The notes: a model not told the origin generated them from the sequence alone. Shown: positions 1 through 12,608, counted from the whole stretch's first letter. The stretch: DNA of 62,155 nucleotides, filler included, from Rhabdomonas costata (GCA_019059605.1; 33 parts of 33 records of this genome joined end to end with filler, not necessarily neighbours in it), one strand, 5' to 3'. Made by a program: numbers and translations.

Positions 1-2092
1 TTTTTTGGGGGAGGCCTTGGGCTTCAGCCCAAGTAGTGCCAAAAAACAAAGCTTGGGGGCACTGCATCTGTGTTCGATGTTTGCTGCAAGAACGATATTG
101 TTTGGACGACAAGTTCACTGCAGTCTCTATTAGAGCTGTTACACTGACATCCGTCACTCTGAGAGATCAACCTCCGTGATTTTCCGAAAACTGCACATAA
201 ATGCAAAGGCCCAAGTGAACCAGGCAATCCACAGGTCCTTCGAATGTTCTTCGAAAATGCCCCCCGGGAGACAAAATTGGGCACAAGAAGATCGGTGATG
301 TGCTGTGATTTTACTGCGATGCTATAAAATTAAAAATGCATAAAAATATCTAGCGGTGCTATGAAATTATTTTGCATAGGCATAGCAGTGTTCTTTTTTG
401 CAGGATAAGTTTATCGGGAGAGGTTCCGGAGAGTTCCCCGGACCCCCCTCCAGTTTTTAGTCTCCCTAACCCTTTTAAAACTGATTTTAAGAGATCTCCG
501 AGGAGGATACAACGCTTTCTAACCCTGCAAAACAGAAATAAAAACATCGATCTGATGGGAATAAAAACACCTGGGAGAAAAAGGAACACTGGTATACCTG
601 TTACCTGTTACCTCTGTAATTGTTTATACATTTTCGGCGATGCTGTGAACTGTTGGATCGAGTTAAATTTTGCTTGTCCGGGATGTCTCGGGCCGCCGAG
701 CGCAGCGGAGCGGCCCACGATCCCAGGTGCTAGTCTCCAAGAAGGTCCCCGAAGTGAGTTCATTTGCAAGGGGTTAGGGGCCGGTGCTCGTGTTCTGGCA
801 GCACTTTTTTCAAATCTATGGATTTTTAATTTAAAAGCGTCGACAAAAGACGAAAGCCTTTGCTGATTCAGCAGGGTTCGAGGCGTTGGGCTGGACTTTT
901 AGTCGAGGACTTCCAGGCCATTTCCCCGCTCTGGGGAGCCCGCACTGGAGAAGCTGGGACTTCACCTGAACGCAGTGCCTTAACCACAGGGTACACAGCA
1001 GTATATGGGACTGAGTGGGACGGGCCCATGGTGTCAGCTTAACATTTAAGTGGGACAAGCCATGGTAACAGTAACGCATGATAGCGTCAGTGGTTGGATG
1101 GCTGTATTCTACCTTGGTGTTGACGCACGCACACGAGGAGTACCACTATGGCTACTTGCACATTGTTTTGAAACCGGTGCCACGTCAGACTGCCTCGTCA
1201 GTCCAACTCGACATCCCGCACTCCACCTATACCGCTGAGTTACCCAGGACGCTGATGTATTGTTGGCAGTCTGTCATCAAACCACCAAATTTCTATATTA
1301 TGTCGCCTCCAATTATTTGCCTCCCTTGGCAAGGTCCGCGCCCCGGCCGCTCCGCACCCTCCACACCTACAATAATTCAATCGCTTATGTACGGCACTCT
1401 TCTGGGAACTTCAGGGGCAAAACATCTTGAAATGAAAATTCGCATAAGATTCAGTACAAAGGCGCACCACATCCTCGATTTCAGAAAAAATAAATTGGAA
1501 AATGTTATCCATGTTAGGAACACCTAAGCAATAGTTTCTCACCCAAGGAAACGTTGTCAGGAACGACACTTCCGAAAAAGAGATGGGGAGGGACCACAAG
1601 ATCACGATGCCAGAGCGCGGGAACGGACGCCGAGAATTCGAATGACTGATGAAAGAAGGTTTAAAACGGTGTGTATGCAGGAGACGAGAACTGTGGAATG
1701 AGGTATGGTCTGGAATAAGCGTCGGCAGGATTCAAGGAGGAGGGTACCCGGACCAATTGAATCCTGCCGACGCTTATTCCAAACCACANNNNNNNNNNNN
1801 NNNNNNNNNNNNNNNNNNNNNNNNNNNNNNNNTTAATTAATTAANNNNNNNNNNNNNNNNNNNNNNNNNNNNNNNNNNNNNNNNNNNNGGGTTTTGGGGG
1901 GTAAAAATGTTGCACTTTTATCATTAGTCTTGCGCTTTCTTCCCTCGAGCTGGGATCGGCATTTTAGCAGAGCGAATTACAGCTATATTTTTCACCGCAG
2001 TGGTGACTGGTTTGGTTTCGGCGAATCGCTTGGCATGCCGCATACACACCACTCGATCCCGTCACCTACTGCTGTTTTTCTCTTCTTTTCAG

Positions 2093-3675
2093 GCCCAGCA
2101 AACGCTCGCGGTGGTTTTGAGCCAACCCTACTGGATGTGGGGCGCAGAGATGGGGTGCAACGACCGTGGTGTGGTGGTTGGCAACGAGGCGGTGTGGGCG
2201 CGGATCAGCCCATCGCTGGAGAAGCGGCTGCTGGGAATGGACTACGTACGCCTTGTGCTGTCGTGGCTTATGTGGATGACCAGCCATATTGGGGTCAAGT
2301 TACAGCAGTTGAGTTACCAGCTGCATTCAATTCCTAATGCCCAAATGCAATGATTTGTTTGTTGGTGCTCGTGCTTGAAGAAGGCCACGCCTGAACGTAG
2401 AAAAAGATCCGCTCAAATGCTGTGACGAGGTGAAACCGGCCCACGTCTTCACGTCTTGTTGTTGTCAGATGACAATGGTCAGTCCCCTTCCGGTACAGAG
2501 CCTGAACGAAGGATTCGATCCCACGGTTCTTTGAGCAGGGGCACGTGTCATGTGCGTATTCCGATAATGGTCTTAAATGGCAATCCGACAAAACGACAAA
2601 AGACTAAAGCTGGCTTATGGGGAATTGGGGTATGTTTTGCAAGCGGTTGCACTCGTGGGCTCGATATTCGTGCCGCGGTTTGGGGCTCGCCAACAGCTGT
2701 TTCCCGAGTTTTTTTGCCTTACCCTGGCAACGCAGGTACGGCTCATGCTTGAACGAGGAAGCACCGCAGCCGAGGCTGTCGACGTTTTCACCACCCTGTT
2801 GGAGCAGTACGGACAAGGCAGCCATGTCTTTGTCAGAACCGTTCTCTCTGTCTCTCTCATCATGTGTGTGGGGTCATTCCAGGTGGGCTCACCTATTCGG
2901 CCTGATCCCATCCGCCTTACTTCACGTTGGTGTCTCGGTTTTTTTCGTACCCAGAACTTCACCCCTTTCGCTGGGCAGCATATCTTGAGGTCATACATGA
3001 CCTGACCCAACCACACTGGACCGCACTGGACAGAACCGTACTGAAGGCTTAACATTGACCTCACAGCTCGAGCTGGAGTGGTTCGTTCATGTTTGATGGT
3101 ATGGTGGGACTTGAATTTATTGGAGCCATGTGGACATCGACATACGACCTCTTCAAGGTCCACTTTGGCCTTTTTCGGCTCAAAAAAAAATATTTAGGGC
3201 TCAGGTATGCACTTTTGGACTCGGCCTGAGTTGTGGCCAGGCTGGGCAGTTTTATTTAGGCAGAGCCCTGGAGAGGTGAATGCTGAAACCGGGATGGGCC
3301 AGAATTTTTGGTTTTGTGGCCTTTGATGCGTTTAAGGGTTTTCTGGCCTCTTTGCGAGCATGTAGACATGCACTAAGCAGCCTAAAATGGCAAGGCTGAC
3401 ACACTATGACTGGCCCCGCCCGTGAGTCAGGGACGATTTGCCTGCTCGCAGTTGGTTGTTATACCGACCTTCACTTCAAACAGACTTCTGGCGCGCTCCG
3501 AATATTGTTGACAAGTGATTAGTGACAAGTGATCAGTGCTCAGTGACAAGTGATTAATGCTTGCTGAATTGGGCTTCGTACCCCGCTTTTGCAACGCACG
3601 TAACTCATTCTTTCACATCGAACTCAAAAAGGTGGCCCTTGCGCAGAGAACTCTGCGATGATCTACCACAACACC
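2093..3675 (+). CDS. SCRN: Secernin / peptidase C69 family protein, partial (3 exons)
   Basis: Exons 2093-2245, 2736-2817 and 3632-3675 splice in frame to [92 protein letters not shown]. This matches the secernin motifs [10 protein letters not shown], GNEAVW, LLGMDxVRLxLERG and GQGGxC...YHN. Intron 1 is GT-AG and intron 2 is GC-AG. Confidence 0.92.
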
Positions 3676-5328
3676 NNNNNNNNNNNNNNNNNNNNNNNNN
3701 NNNNNNNNNNNNNNNNNNNTTAATTAATTAANNNNNNNNNNNNNNNNNNNNNNNNNNNNNNNNNNNNNNNNNNNNTTTGTTTTGTGTCATTGCTCCATAC
3801 GTATCCACACTGGTTTTCCTTGCCTTTCTTCTTCCTGTTTTTGTTTGTGCTGACTCCCGCAACTGCAAGAATTCCACGAGAACTCATCTGTGATGTTGGT
3901 TTGTGGTTTGAACCTTAATCCAGCTGAAGAATTCAATCCAGTTTACGGTGACAGTATCGTTCAACAGTAGTACGCGAAAAGCACTCAAGTGCGACAAACA
4001 TCTCCAGCATCAAAACCACCGCATGCACTACGTGGCCTACCAGCCCCCAGCCACCGTTCCCCCTCCGCCGATGCCCATCTAGGCTCCACGGCGGAGAACA
4101 CCGAGAACTTCCACCGCATGCACTACAGTACAGTACCCCCTCACCATTCGAATTGAGGGAAACAACCTGTTCAAGAAAAACCGCAACCGAAAAACAACCG
4201 AAACAAGTTTTCCTACACTCTTCTCCTTTTCTGGGTGATAGCCTTCTGTGCAAATACCAGTTCACTGCGGTGGCCGACAGGAACTCCATTATTCTCGTGA
4301 CAACAACTCAAAACCAATCAACAACAACGACTGTGCCCTTCGAGAGAGATACAATGGAGAGAGTGGCAGAGCGACACTGGCGGACGGGGGGGGGGCATAT
4401 ATTCGATTTTCGGTGAGCTCGTCAGTAATTTTGATTCCTCGCCACATCCCCCAAAGTTCTTCCGCCTACCGAAGGGGCTCATACCACGGTGCAAGGTTTC
4501 CTGCCGTTCGTATTCATACCGCAAGATGATGACGGGCACATGAGCTTGAGGCTTATGCTGCAAGGCCGCTTACTCTGCGTGTCAACACATGGTTCATCTT
4601 TGGCAACGTTCAAGTTGGTCAGCAGAAGTGGTCAGCAGCAAACATCTGCATCTCAAGGGTTTCACTCAAAGAGTCTCTATCATCACACGGTGTGCAAGCA
4701 CAGCAAGCACGGTTCGGGGTAATGAAAAGGGGGAGCCAGAGGGGTGGCACAGTGATATTTTTACACAACGTGAACACTTCCTGACCCACAACGGAGGGCA
4801 GGCAAACAGCGGCACACAATGTCACAGAGCTCAGCAGAGGTCACCTGAAAAAGCAAACGCGCACAGAAGTGGGAATGGAGGGAGGGGGGGGGTCCAAAAC
4901 CACACCAAACATTCAGACGTCGTCGCTCGCATGCAGTGCAATGCTGGTGTAATGGTATGAGATGATAAAAGGACACGCCGGATCCTCTTGGCCAGTCCAC
5001 AGGGTCAGACAAGACTCTCCGTCTCATGATTTTGAAAGCCCATTTTTGACCCCCCCCCCTGTTGCTTTTCTCACGTGTTTTTCGAATCTGCTAAAAATCA
5101 CCAATTTCGGACAGCAAATCACGTTCACGTTATGACACGTAAGCTAACAAACGTGTACAAACCCAGCAGCAAAACAGCAAAAAAGACAGTGGGAATCAGT
5201 GGTAATCACAGATGGCATTCATCTGTGACACGCAATAGGTCAATTCCTACCATATCATGTCTACCCTCGGAAAATTCCATTCGATTTTGTGTTTCCTTTA
5301 GAAACGGCGGCGTAGGGGGGGGGGGAAC

Positions 5329-5507
5329 CTCGCGTCAGTATTGAGCACGGCGGACATCACGGCGAGCATCCTGACCTGCCCCAGGGTGGTCCCGCGCTGG
5401 TCCGTCTCCTTGGCCACGAACACAGCGCCCAGCATGTTCTCCTCCCCTGTGGGGAGGCGGCTGGAGAACACCGTCACCACTTTCTCGTCGTGGCTCAGCA
5501 TCACTCC
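5329..5507 (-). CDS. Internal exon of an unidentified protein
   Basis: Segment bounded by CAG| and |GTTCCC with strongly G/C-ending codons: GVMLSHDEKVVTVFSSRLPTGEENMLGAVFVAKETDQRGTTLGQVRMLAVMSAVLNTDAR. No family recognised. Confidence 0.55.
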
Positions 5508-7550
5508 CTGCATCCGTATCCTTTTTGTTTCTTCCTCTTTTTTCCTCACTAGCACACACCCCCNNNNNNNNNNNNNNNNNNNNNNNNNNNNNNNNNNNNN
5601 NNNNNNNTTAATTAATTAANNNNNNNNNNNNNNNNNNNNNNNNNNNNNNNNNNNNNNNNNNNNGTGTTTGTGGGTGTGGCCCAGCCGCCACAGGGGCGGG
5701 CTGAACGGGAGCCCCAGCGCCAGCTGCTGCTGCTGCCGTGGCTTGGGGCCTGCGCACGGATCCGATTGGTTTTTGGAAAAGAGGCACGCGCCTTTAGTAG
5801 GGATAAAATCAGAGTAATGGAACTGAGACTCCAGCCTTCACAGGAAAGTGAAAGAAGGTGACTCCGCACAGATAAAGAGCAAGTCAAACCCCCAGCAAGA
5901 TCCTTCCGATTACAGTTCCCCGAATAATCTGCCCACACCGGCCGGCCCTCCGCCCCATAACTAACATTGTCCCAATTGATCCACAATCGATCCATAACGT
6001 TTGACCACCCCCCCCCCAATATACAACTGTCCCCTTATGAGCCGCGCATCTTAACCGTCACACACACACACATTCTTCTAGTGCTCTCCGCCGGGAAAAG
6101 ACCACGGAAAATCACAGCAAAAAGGGCAAACTTCGTCAGGTGCACAACCTGTACCTACACACCACACATACACTGGGTGTGAAGGGAGAACACTGGTACG
6201 AAAACTGTCAAGCACCGATGTCGGCTTGAATCCATATTATGGCCGAACACGCTGGTCTGGATTAGGCGTTGAGATGAAGGCAACTCTGACCCCTCTGGAA
6301 CATGAGGGCCAGCAGGTGCCTGGTTGGGGGCATAAGTTGCCTGGAGATGACAGAGTCTCGAGCAGTCCCGAGACCAGAGACTTAAGATGATAACTGAGAA
6401 AGGTCTGTCTCCCGTCCCCCCCCCACAAACACGGGGCATTCTTCTGTCGCCCCTTTCCATGGCTGATGTCTGGAGATGATACTACGAATGTACAACAGGT
6501 GCATCTGCCGCTCACAACAGAGTACACTTTCTCTCGCCGAGCGATCGGAAAATGCCAAGCGATCACTGTGCCGCTGTGCTGCGGAATTTATGCCCATGGG
6601 ATTCTTCGCTGCGGAGACACTTGTATCAGACTGTGGAGCGCTTATCCTATTGGAGTTGGGCAGCTCGTTTTGTTGTGGCTGCTTTTTCTACTTGTCATTG
6701 CGTCTGGGCGGTCGGTCAGGAAAGGCCTTCTTCGTGTCGTTTTATTTCAGCGCTTAGATCCGGTGGCGGACGTCGCCTGACTGCCACACGCCAAAGGCGT
6801 TACGGTGGTGATTCACTGGAAGTGTCACTGTTGTCCACAGGGACGGAAGAATTGGGGCACTGGGCGGCAGCACCAACCTCAGGGCCTGCTCGTCGGGGGC
6901 TTCCTCTGGCTCAGCTTCAGCATTGCGTTTTCCCTGAGCGGCATCGTGATCCATTGCGGTCGCGACAGCCCCAAAAAGCTGCAGAAAGGCTGACGTTGGC
7001 GCTTTATCGGGGTGAAGGTCGGCTTGGGTCAAATCCCATCCCGGGACATTCCCAAGTCGAGACGGTTGTGGTTAACGTAAATGGAGGACATGTTGGGGGT
7101 CCCCAAATGGAGGGGTCAGTCGTAGAACGGCTCCTCGCTCGAAGCGATTGCGAAAGAAGGAATTCGCACCAACAGGGAACAGGCAGCCTTCCTCACTCAC
7201 AATCGATTGGTCCTGAGGCGGCCATCTGCCAATGATAACCATTGACAACGAATAGAAGCAGGGACAACAACACTCCATCCACAAATGTTGCCAGACGCTA
7301 TTCCAAAAAAGCGGCCACTGCAACAGCTGCTGTCAGCTGGCACCCTTCACTGCTCTGCAGAACACTTTGCCAGTACTCTGATTTTTACCCAAAATGCACC
7401 CATCCACCCCAGCCCACCCGACACACAAAGCCTGCTGGATCAGACCCACANNNNNNNNNNNNNNNNNNNNNNNNNNNNNNNNNNNNNNNNNNNNTTAATT
7501 AATTAANNNNNNNNNNNNNNNNNNNNNNNNNNNNNNNNNNNNNNNNNNNN

Positions 7551-8945
7551 GTTGGTGTGGAACTCAAGCTGGGAGTAATTGGAAGAGAAGAGCACATTTT
7601 CGGAATAGCTGCACAATCTGAACGAGCGATGCCTCAAGCCCATGGAGCGATGACTGACAAAGATGGCCCGGACGTCCACGTAAGATAGGCGAACGTTGCC
7701 AAGCTGAACGTCCGACCTCCCCCAGCACTTGTGCAGCGTGTCCAGACCAGCTCCTAACCGATTGATCAGCAGGTCCACGGCGCTCAGAAACACTCCGCGG
7801 ATTTTACTGGACCCGATGTAAACGATCCACTGGCGCTTCTGGCTCTCCACCACGCTTAGGAGCTCGTCGTGGTTCCATGTCTGGTAGTGGTACTGCGCAG
7901 GACGAAACACATACCCCCACCGCAGGCCCTCCTCCTTCAGCGTGCGCTCGCCAGCACACCGCATCCATCTTCCTTGGTACGGAAAAGACCCGACCATTCC
8001 GCATGGCTGCTTCTCCTTCGACGCGTTAAACAGGTCAGCTCCGATCACTATGACCTGGTAGCTAGGTCGAGGTAAGGGAACAAAGCCCTTTGAGAGAATA
8101 AGATCAATGGCCAGCGTGTAGCTCCCCGCTATGACGGGTGTGTAAGTGAAAGTGACCGCCAGGTTCGAGCCTACACCAATTATGCCCAACACGGTGTCAG
8201 GCCCCTCCAAAGTGGCATAAGCGAACAACACATCCTTCAGCACCTTGGTGTGCTGGAAGTGCACAACGAAGCTCGCGGGCTCACCTGAGGTAAGCAAGGA
8301 AAGCCATGCGCAAGTTGTGCACTGAAATTGCGTCAACTTGCCAAATCGGCCCCAACATTATAACCAAAATACCCCTGGCTTTTCTCGACGCTCAGGCCAA
8401 CTACGTAAATTCCACTGGAAGGAGTGTCAACAGCATCCAAAAGAAAGTTTGGCAAAGTAATGCAGCAAAACTTTTCGGCGCGTCCGCAAAGAAAAATCCT
8501 CTTGCTCTGTCAAGTGTGCACGCAATTCTGTGAACGGGGATGGAGGGGGAACCGCATTTACGCTGGCTACCGTTCAAAAGAAAATGTTTGAAAGTTTTTT
8601 TTTTGGTCTTTTGAGTCCGAATCCACCTCTTCTTGGTGAATGAATAACGCAACGCTTTGTATTATAAATGGAAAAACGTTTGAAGGGTGTTTTCTTGTGT
8701 CTTTCTGGCGCACCTGTGACGGCACGACGATGACCGGTCCCAGTATAGTTCACCCACAACCTGTGCCCTGGCTCCCTGAAGGACTTCACATGATGCTCCA
8801 CAGAAGGAACGAAGGAGTGCAGATTGTGGTCAGAGGCTTCCGCATTAGAAATGAAGGAGGATCCGTTCAAAAGCAAGGCAACACAAATGAGAAGGAAACA
8901 CCCACCAGAACTTCTGGAAGGGTGTCTCCAAATAAACAAAAACAT
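7551..8945 (-). CDS. NXPE / PC-esterase (SGNH-like) family membrane-anchored or secreted protein, partial
   Basis: Exons 8945-8714, 8284-7659 and 7568-7551 are joined by GT-AG introns. There is an N-terminal hydrophobic segment (GCFLLICVALLL), an Ig/filamin-like stretch (FTYTPVIAGSYTLAI), then C...GRW...GYVFRP...WIVYIGSSKIRGVF, resembling the GxW and GDS block of PC-esterase/NXPE proteins. Confidence 0.65.
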
Positions 8946-10574
8946 TGGAAAGCCTGCTTGGAAAGCAAAAACAACAGACGACTTAAATTCCAAACTTGTG
9001 AGGCTGAGGCTGGAGTTGCACGTCGTAATTTCGCTGGTCAGGGGTGAACTTGTGTCTCAGGGAGGTGGACATGGCCTTGAGGATACACAACAACTGGTCC
9101 AAGTGTGCCAAGTCCGACCCCTCCTGCCCTGCATCCGAGACAACGATCGTTCCGCAGGGCAATTCTTTCCACTCACCCGCCTGGATCCATGACGTCGCAT
9201 CTGGTTACCCGACCTCCGCGCGACACCTGAGACATGCCCGCCTTCCGGAGCGGGGTCCTTTTCTCCACGCTTTGCTCCCCTTGTTACCTCTAACATGACT
9301 TTGTTTTTGTGCACACCCCCCCCAAACACACCAACACNNNNNNNNNNNNNNNNNNNNNNNNNNNNNNNNNNNNNNNNNNNNTTAATTAATTAANNNNNNN
9401 NNNNNNNNNNNNNNNNNNNNNNNNNNNNNNNNNNNNNGTGGGGTTGTGGTTTCGAGTGCACCTTGCGAGGGTTTTTATGCCAGGTGCTGCTCGTTGCTTT
9501 CTCATCTTATTTTGCATTTTGCTTACTCTGCATATGAAAGCTCAGATTCACTGTCATTCCGCCCCCCTCCTCGATACGCTAAGTTGGCTGTACTGTAAAG
9601 CAGGCTCTGGATGATCCTCACTGGCAGCAAACCACTCAGGGTGGTTGTCCAAACCCGTTGCCCTGCCGCAAACAGACCTCCCCTGAGCGAATAGCTGCAG
9701 TTCACATTTGTTTATTTGTGTTTTTGATTGGGTTGGTGTTCTTGACTTCAGTGTTCTTTTCCTTTTACTTCTTTTTCCCCGTGCAGTCCTTCACTCGTCT
9801 TTTTTTCTACGGCAGTCTCCCTGTCGTCCACGTTCACGACTTATTTGCTTTCGTTTCTATTTTGGGCACCTGCAGCCTGTAGCTGGGGAAACGGCTGTTG
9901 TTTTGCAAGCGCGCTTGGAAAGACATGGAGAGGTGGAGGAGGTGGGGGGGGGGGTTACGTTCTTTTTAGGTGCGCTAAACTATCTTCCGGAAGTTCAGGA
10001 ATTTCGAGGTCCATTATCGCACTCTGTGCGATGCGTGGCTCTAGCGAAGAGGTGCCGTGGAGGCGTTCTTGACAAGCTCCCGAAAGATGTCAACGGACAG
10101 CAGGGTCACATGCAGGGTCTCGCACGAAAGCGTGGAGAGATTCGGGCATAAAAGTTGGGTTTCGGGATTCAGGAACAACATTCGGCTGGGACTTGCCTGG
10201 TTCTCTTCTGCAAACCTGTTGTTCTTGCCCTTGTGAAGTACCTTGGGGAGATAGCCTAACCTGGGTCTTTCAGCCATTTTTAGCAAGGCGGTGACGTGTG
10301 CGAAGGAAACAACGCCTTCAGTGAAGAGTTTCTTCTTGACCCCGCTGCCTCTTCTTTGCAGTGTTCTTCTTTTCTCGCCCCCTCGTGCATCATTTTTTTG
10401 AATTATGAAAACTTTTGTTTAACACATTTCTCATCATAGTGATTCTGAGCCGTATTGAGGAAGCATATCTTTTCCTGCTGCAATGGGCGCAGGCTGCAGT
10501 TCCGGTGTTGCCGTGCAGCGGCCTCGTCCTGGGAGAGTCCCGCCGCGTTCTGGACCGCGTCCTGAGCCTACATT

Positions 10575-10943
10575 ATGTCCCCAAGGGCATTCTCCGAGAC
10601 TGACCTCCCCATCGACACACCGCAACTTTCCGCGGACCGCACCCGAGTTTCTCTGGAGGGGTTCTGTGGCGGCGGTGGTGGCGGCGGCAACCACTCCCAC
10701 AGCAAGCCACCGCACTTCCTGCGGTTCTCACTCGACTCCGCCGGACCGGAGCTCTCCACCCCCGTGGAACCCTGTTGCAGTGGCTCAGCGCCGGCGCCGC
10801 TGTGGCGGGAGGAGGACCCAGACCCTGTGATTCGCCAGCGCCTGCACCGGCTGGCCAACTTCGTGCCCTACGGAGTGCTGTCGCGGTGCGAGCGGAACTC
10901 GACCCTTCTGGAGGCTGCAGAGATGGAGACTTTTGAGGGCTCG
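10575..10943 (+). CDS. First coding exon of a probable soluble (ADCY10-like) adenylate/guanylate cyclase
   Basis: ATG at 10575 with an in-frame TGA upstream. A low-complexity N-terminus leads to RLANFVPYGVLSRC...METFEGS, ending at donor GTTTGC. LxxFVP...FEG normally comes just before the VLFADISGFT catalytic motif of sAC-type cyclases, but that motif is not in the contig. Confidence 0.55.
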
Positions 10944-11805
10944 GTTTGCTCCTCTTTGTCTCTTCCTCTTGCGAAGTTCAACGTGATCGATTGTCACGGC
11001 CTTGTTTTGAAAGCGTAGTTTACGCTTTTTCCTCTGCTGTGAGCAGCTGAAACATCCACAATCTACTACATTGGATCTCTACCTGTTCCCTTTTTTGGTT
11101 CCTCTTTCTGGATAGTTCGAACTTCTGGTGGCGTTCTTTTTGCCTTCTGTGGTGGGCTCCGGGAATGTAGGAATCATTAAGGAATAAAAAAACGCCGTCA
11201 GGAGTTCGCACTATCCAAAAACAANNNNNNNNNNNNNNNNNNNNNNNNNNNNNNNNNNNNNNNNNNNNTTAATTAATTAANNNNNNNNNNNNNNNNNNNN
11301 NNNNNNNNNNNNNNNNNNNNNNNNGTGGGGTGGTTCAACGTTCTTCAACTGGATTTAAATTGGAAGTGTTATTCGGCGTAACCAAGGCTTTACCGTTTAA
11401 AGTTCATTATTGGGCTGGAGCGTGCCCCTCCAGCAGATTTCCACTCAGATTTCAAGATTTCGAATCAGAGGGAGAAGGGTCAGTTTGGAAAGGAGGAGCG
11501 CACCGTTTTTCTCCGCTCGAGGGGGGGGGGGAAAAAAAAGTTGAGCCGCAACTTGAAAGTTCGTTGTGCAGAAGCACAATGCACAGGCAACTTGCTCTCC
11601 ACTCGCCTTCGTGGCCTGCGGCTCTTCACCTCGAGGCATGCAAACATGGGAAACCAAACACGACTTTCTACAGCAGCATCCACCCACATGAGCACGGTTT
11701 TGAAACTTCTGAAGCATGGAGGTACTCGGAGCAAAGCTGAGAGCAAAGCAACACCAACACTTGGGCTGTCAAGTCGAAGCTATGGTCGACACCCCTCAAG
11801 TAGCA

Positions 11806-12608
11806 CTACCCGAGGAGCCATTGAGCAATCACACACGTAATCAACACCCCCAGGATGTCCATAATCACCTGTATCGCTGGACCTGGAATCGAAAAGAACG
11901 CAACAACATTTTGGCATGAGGCAAGACCCGTTGAGAGCAAGAGGACAACAGAGAGTCCAAAACCCCAAATGGAGCTGTGAACCGACTGAACGAAAAAGAA
12001 TTAGCGAAAAGGAAGACACCCGATTCAGACAGCAAACCCGAGCAAAGCTTTTGAATTCGCATGGTGGAGATAGCTTGCAAGAAAGGACTACTGTGTGAAG
12101 GAGGGGGGGCATTGAACATTCACACCGCTAAAGTTTTCGTACTTTCCCGAAAGCTTTGGTCTAGGCGTCCCGCGGCAGAGCCGGAGCGGAAAGACGTCCA
12201 TGAGGTTCGACGTTTATAGGTAAAAATGTCTTTTTGAAGGACACTATGCTCCGATCCACGTGTCTCGTTAAAGTATGTCACTGCCTCAGAGATGAAGGTG
12301 ATTCATTTAAAAGGGCATAGGCAACAGAAGAATTGCCCTGGATGTCACCGAAAAATGGTCACACAGAAACCAGCGTGCTCTGGGTCCATTTTCACGAGCT
12401 TCAGTGCAAAGGGAAGCAGGCAGCCCACCACGTTGCTGATGGTCACGATAAGGAAGAGGCTCAGGGCAATAGCCAAGGAAAGCCTCATGGGATGAGCTTC
12501 CTCAGCCCCAAGAAGGACGTGCACTCGAACAAAGCCAACCACGGCCAGAAGCGTCGCACAGACCAAACCGATGCACAGCTCCCTCCGCAGCACACGTAAA
12601 CATTGCTT
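11806..12608 (-). CDS. mgtE: MgtE-type magnesium transporter, C-terminal membrane domain (last 2 exons)
   Basis: Exons 12608-12371 and 11882-11806 (GT-AG intron) give KQCLRVLRRELCIGLVCATLLAVVGFVRV...LAIALSLFLIVTISNVVGCLLPFALKLVKMDPEHAG|PAIQVIMDILGVLITCVIAQWLLG-TAG. This has the MgtE hallmarks REL..G, LLP..L....DP..A.P and the TM5 Asp (MDILG). Confidence 0.88.

Noticed and set aside
3508..3560. gacaagtgat repeated three times as a regulatory or CRISPR-like array
   Set aside because: Short, irregular intronic micro-repeat with no spacer structure.
6382..7323. Minus-strand frame interrupted only by TAA/TAG, suggesting stop-to-Gln reassignment
   Set aside because: The MgtE gene ends at TAG where expected, the GPR1-like gene ends at TAA, and no conserved host exon has an in-frame TAA/TAG. 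Chance or a decayed sequence explains it better.
8150..8180. GGTTCGAGCC resembling a tRNA T-loop
   Set aside because: No cloverleaf can be built, and it lies antisense within a coding exon.
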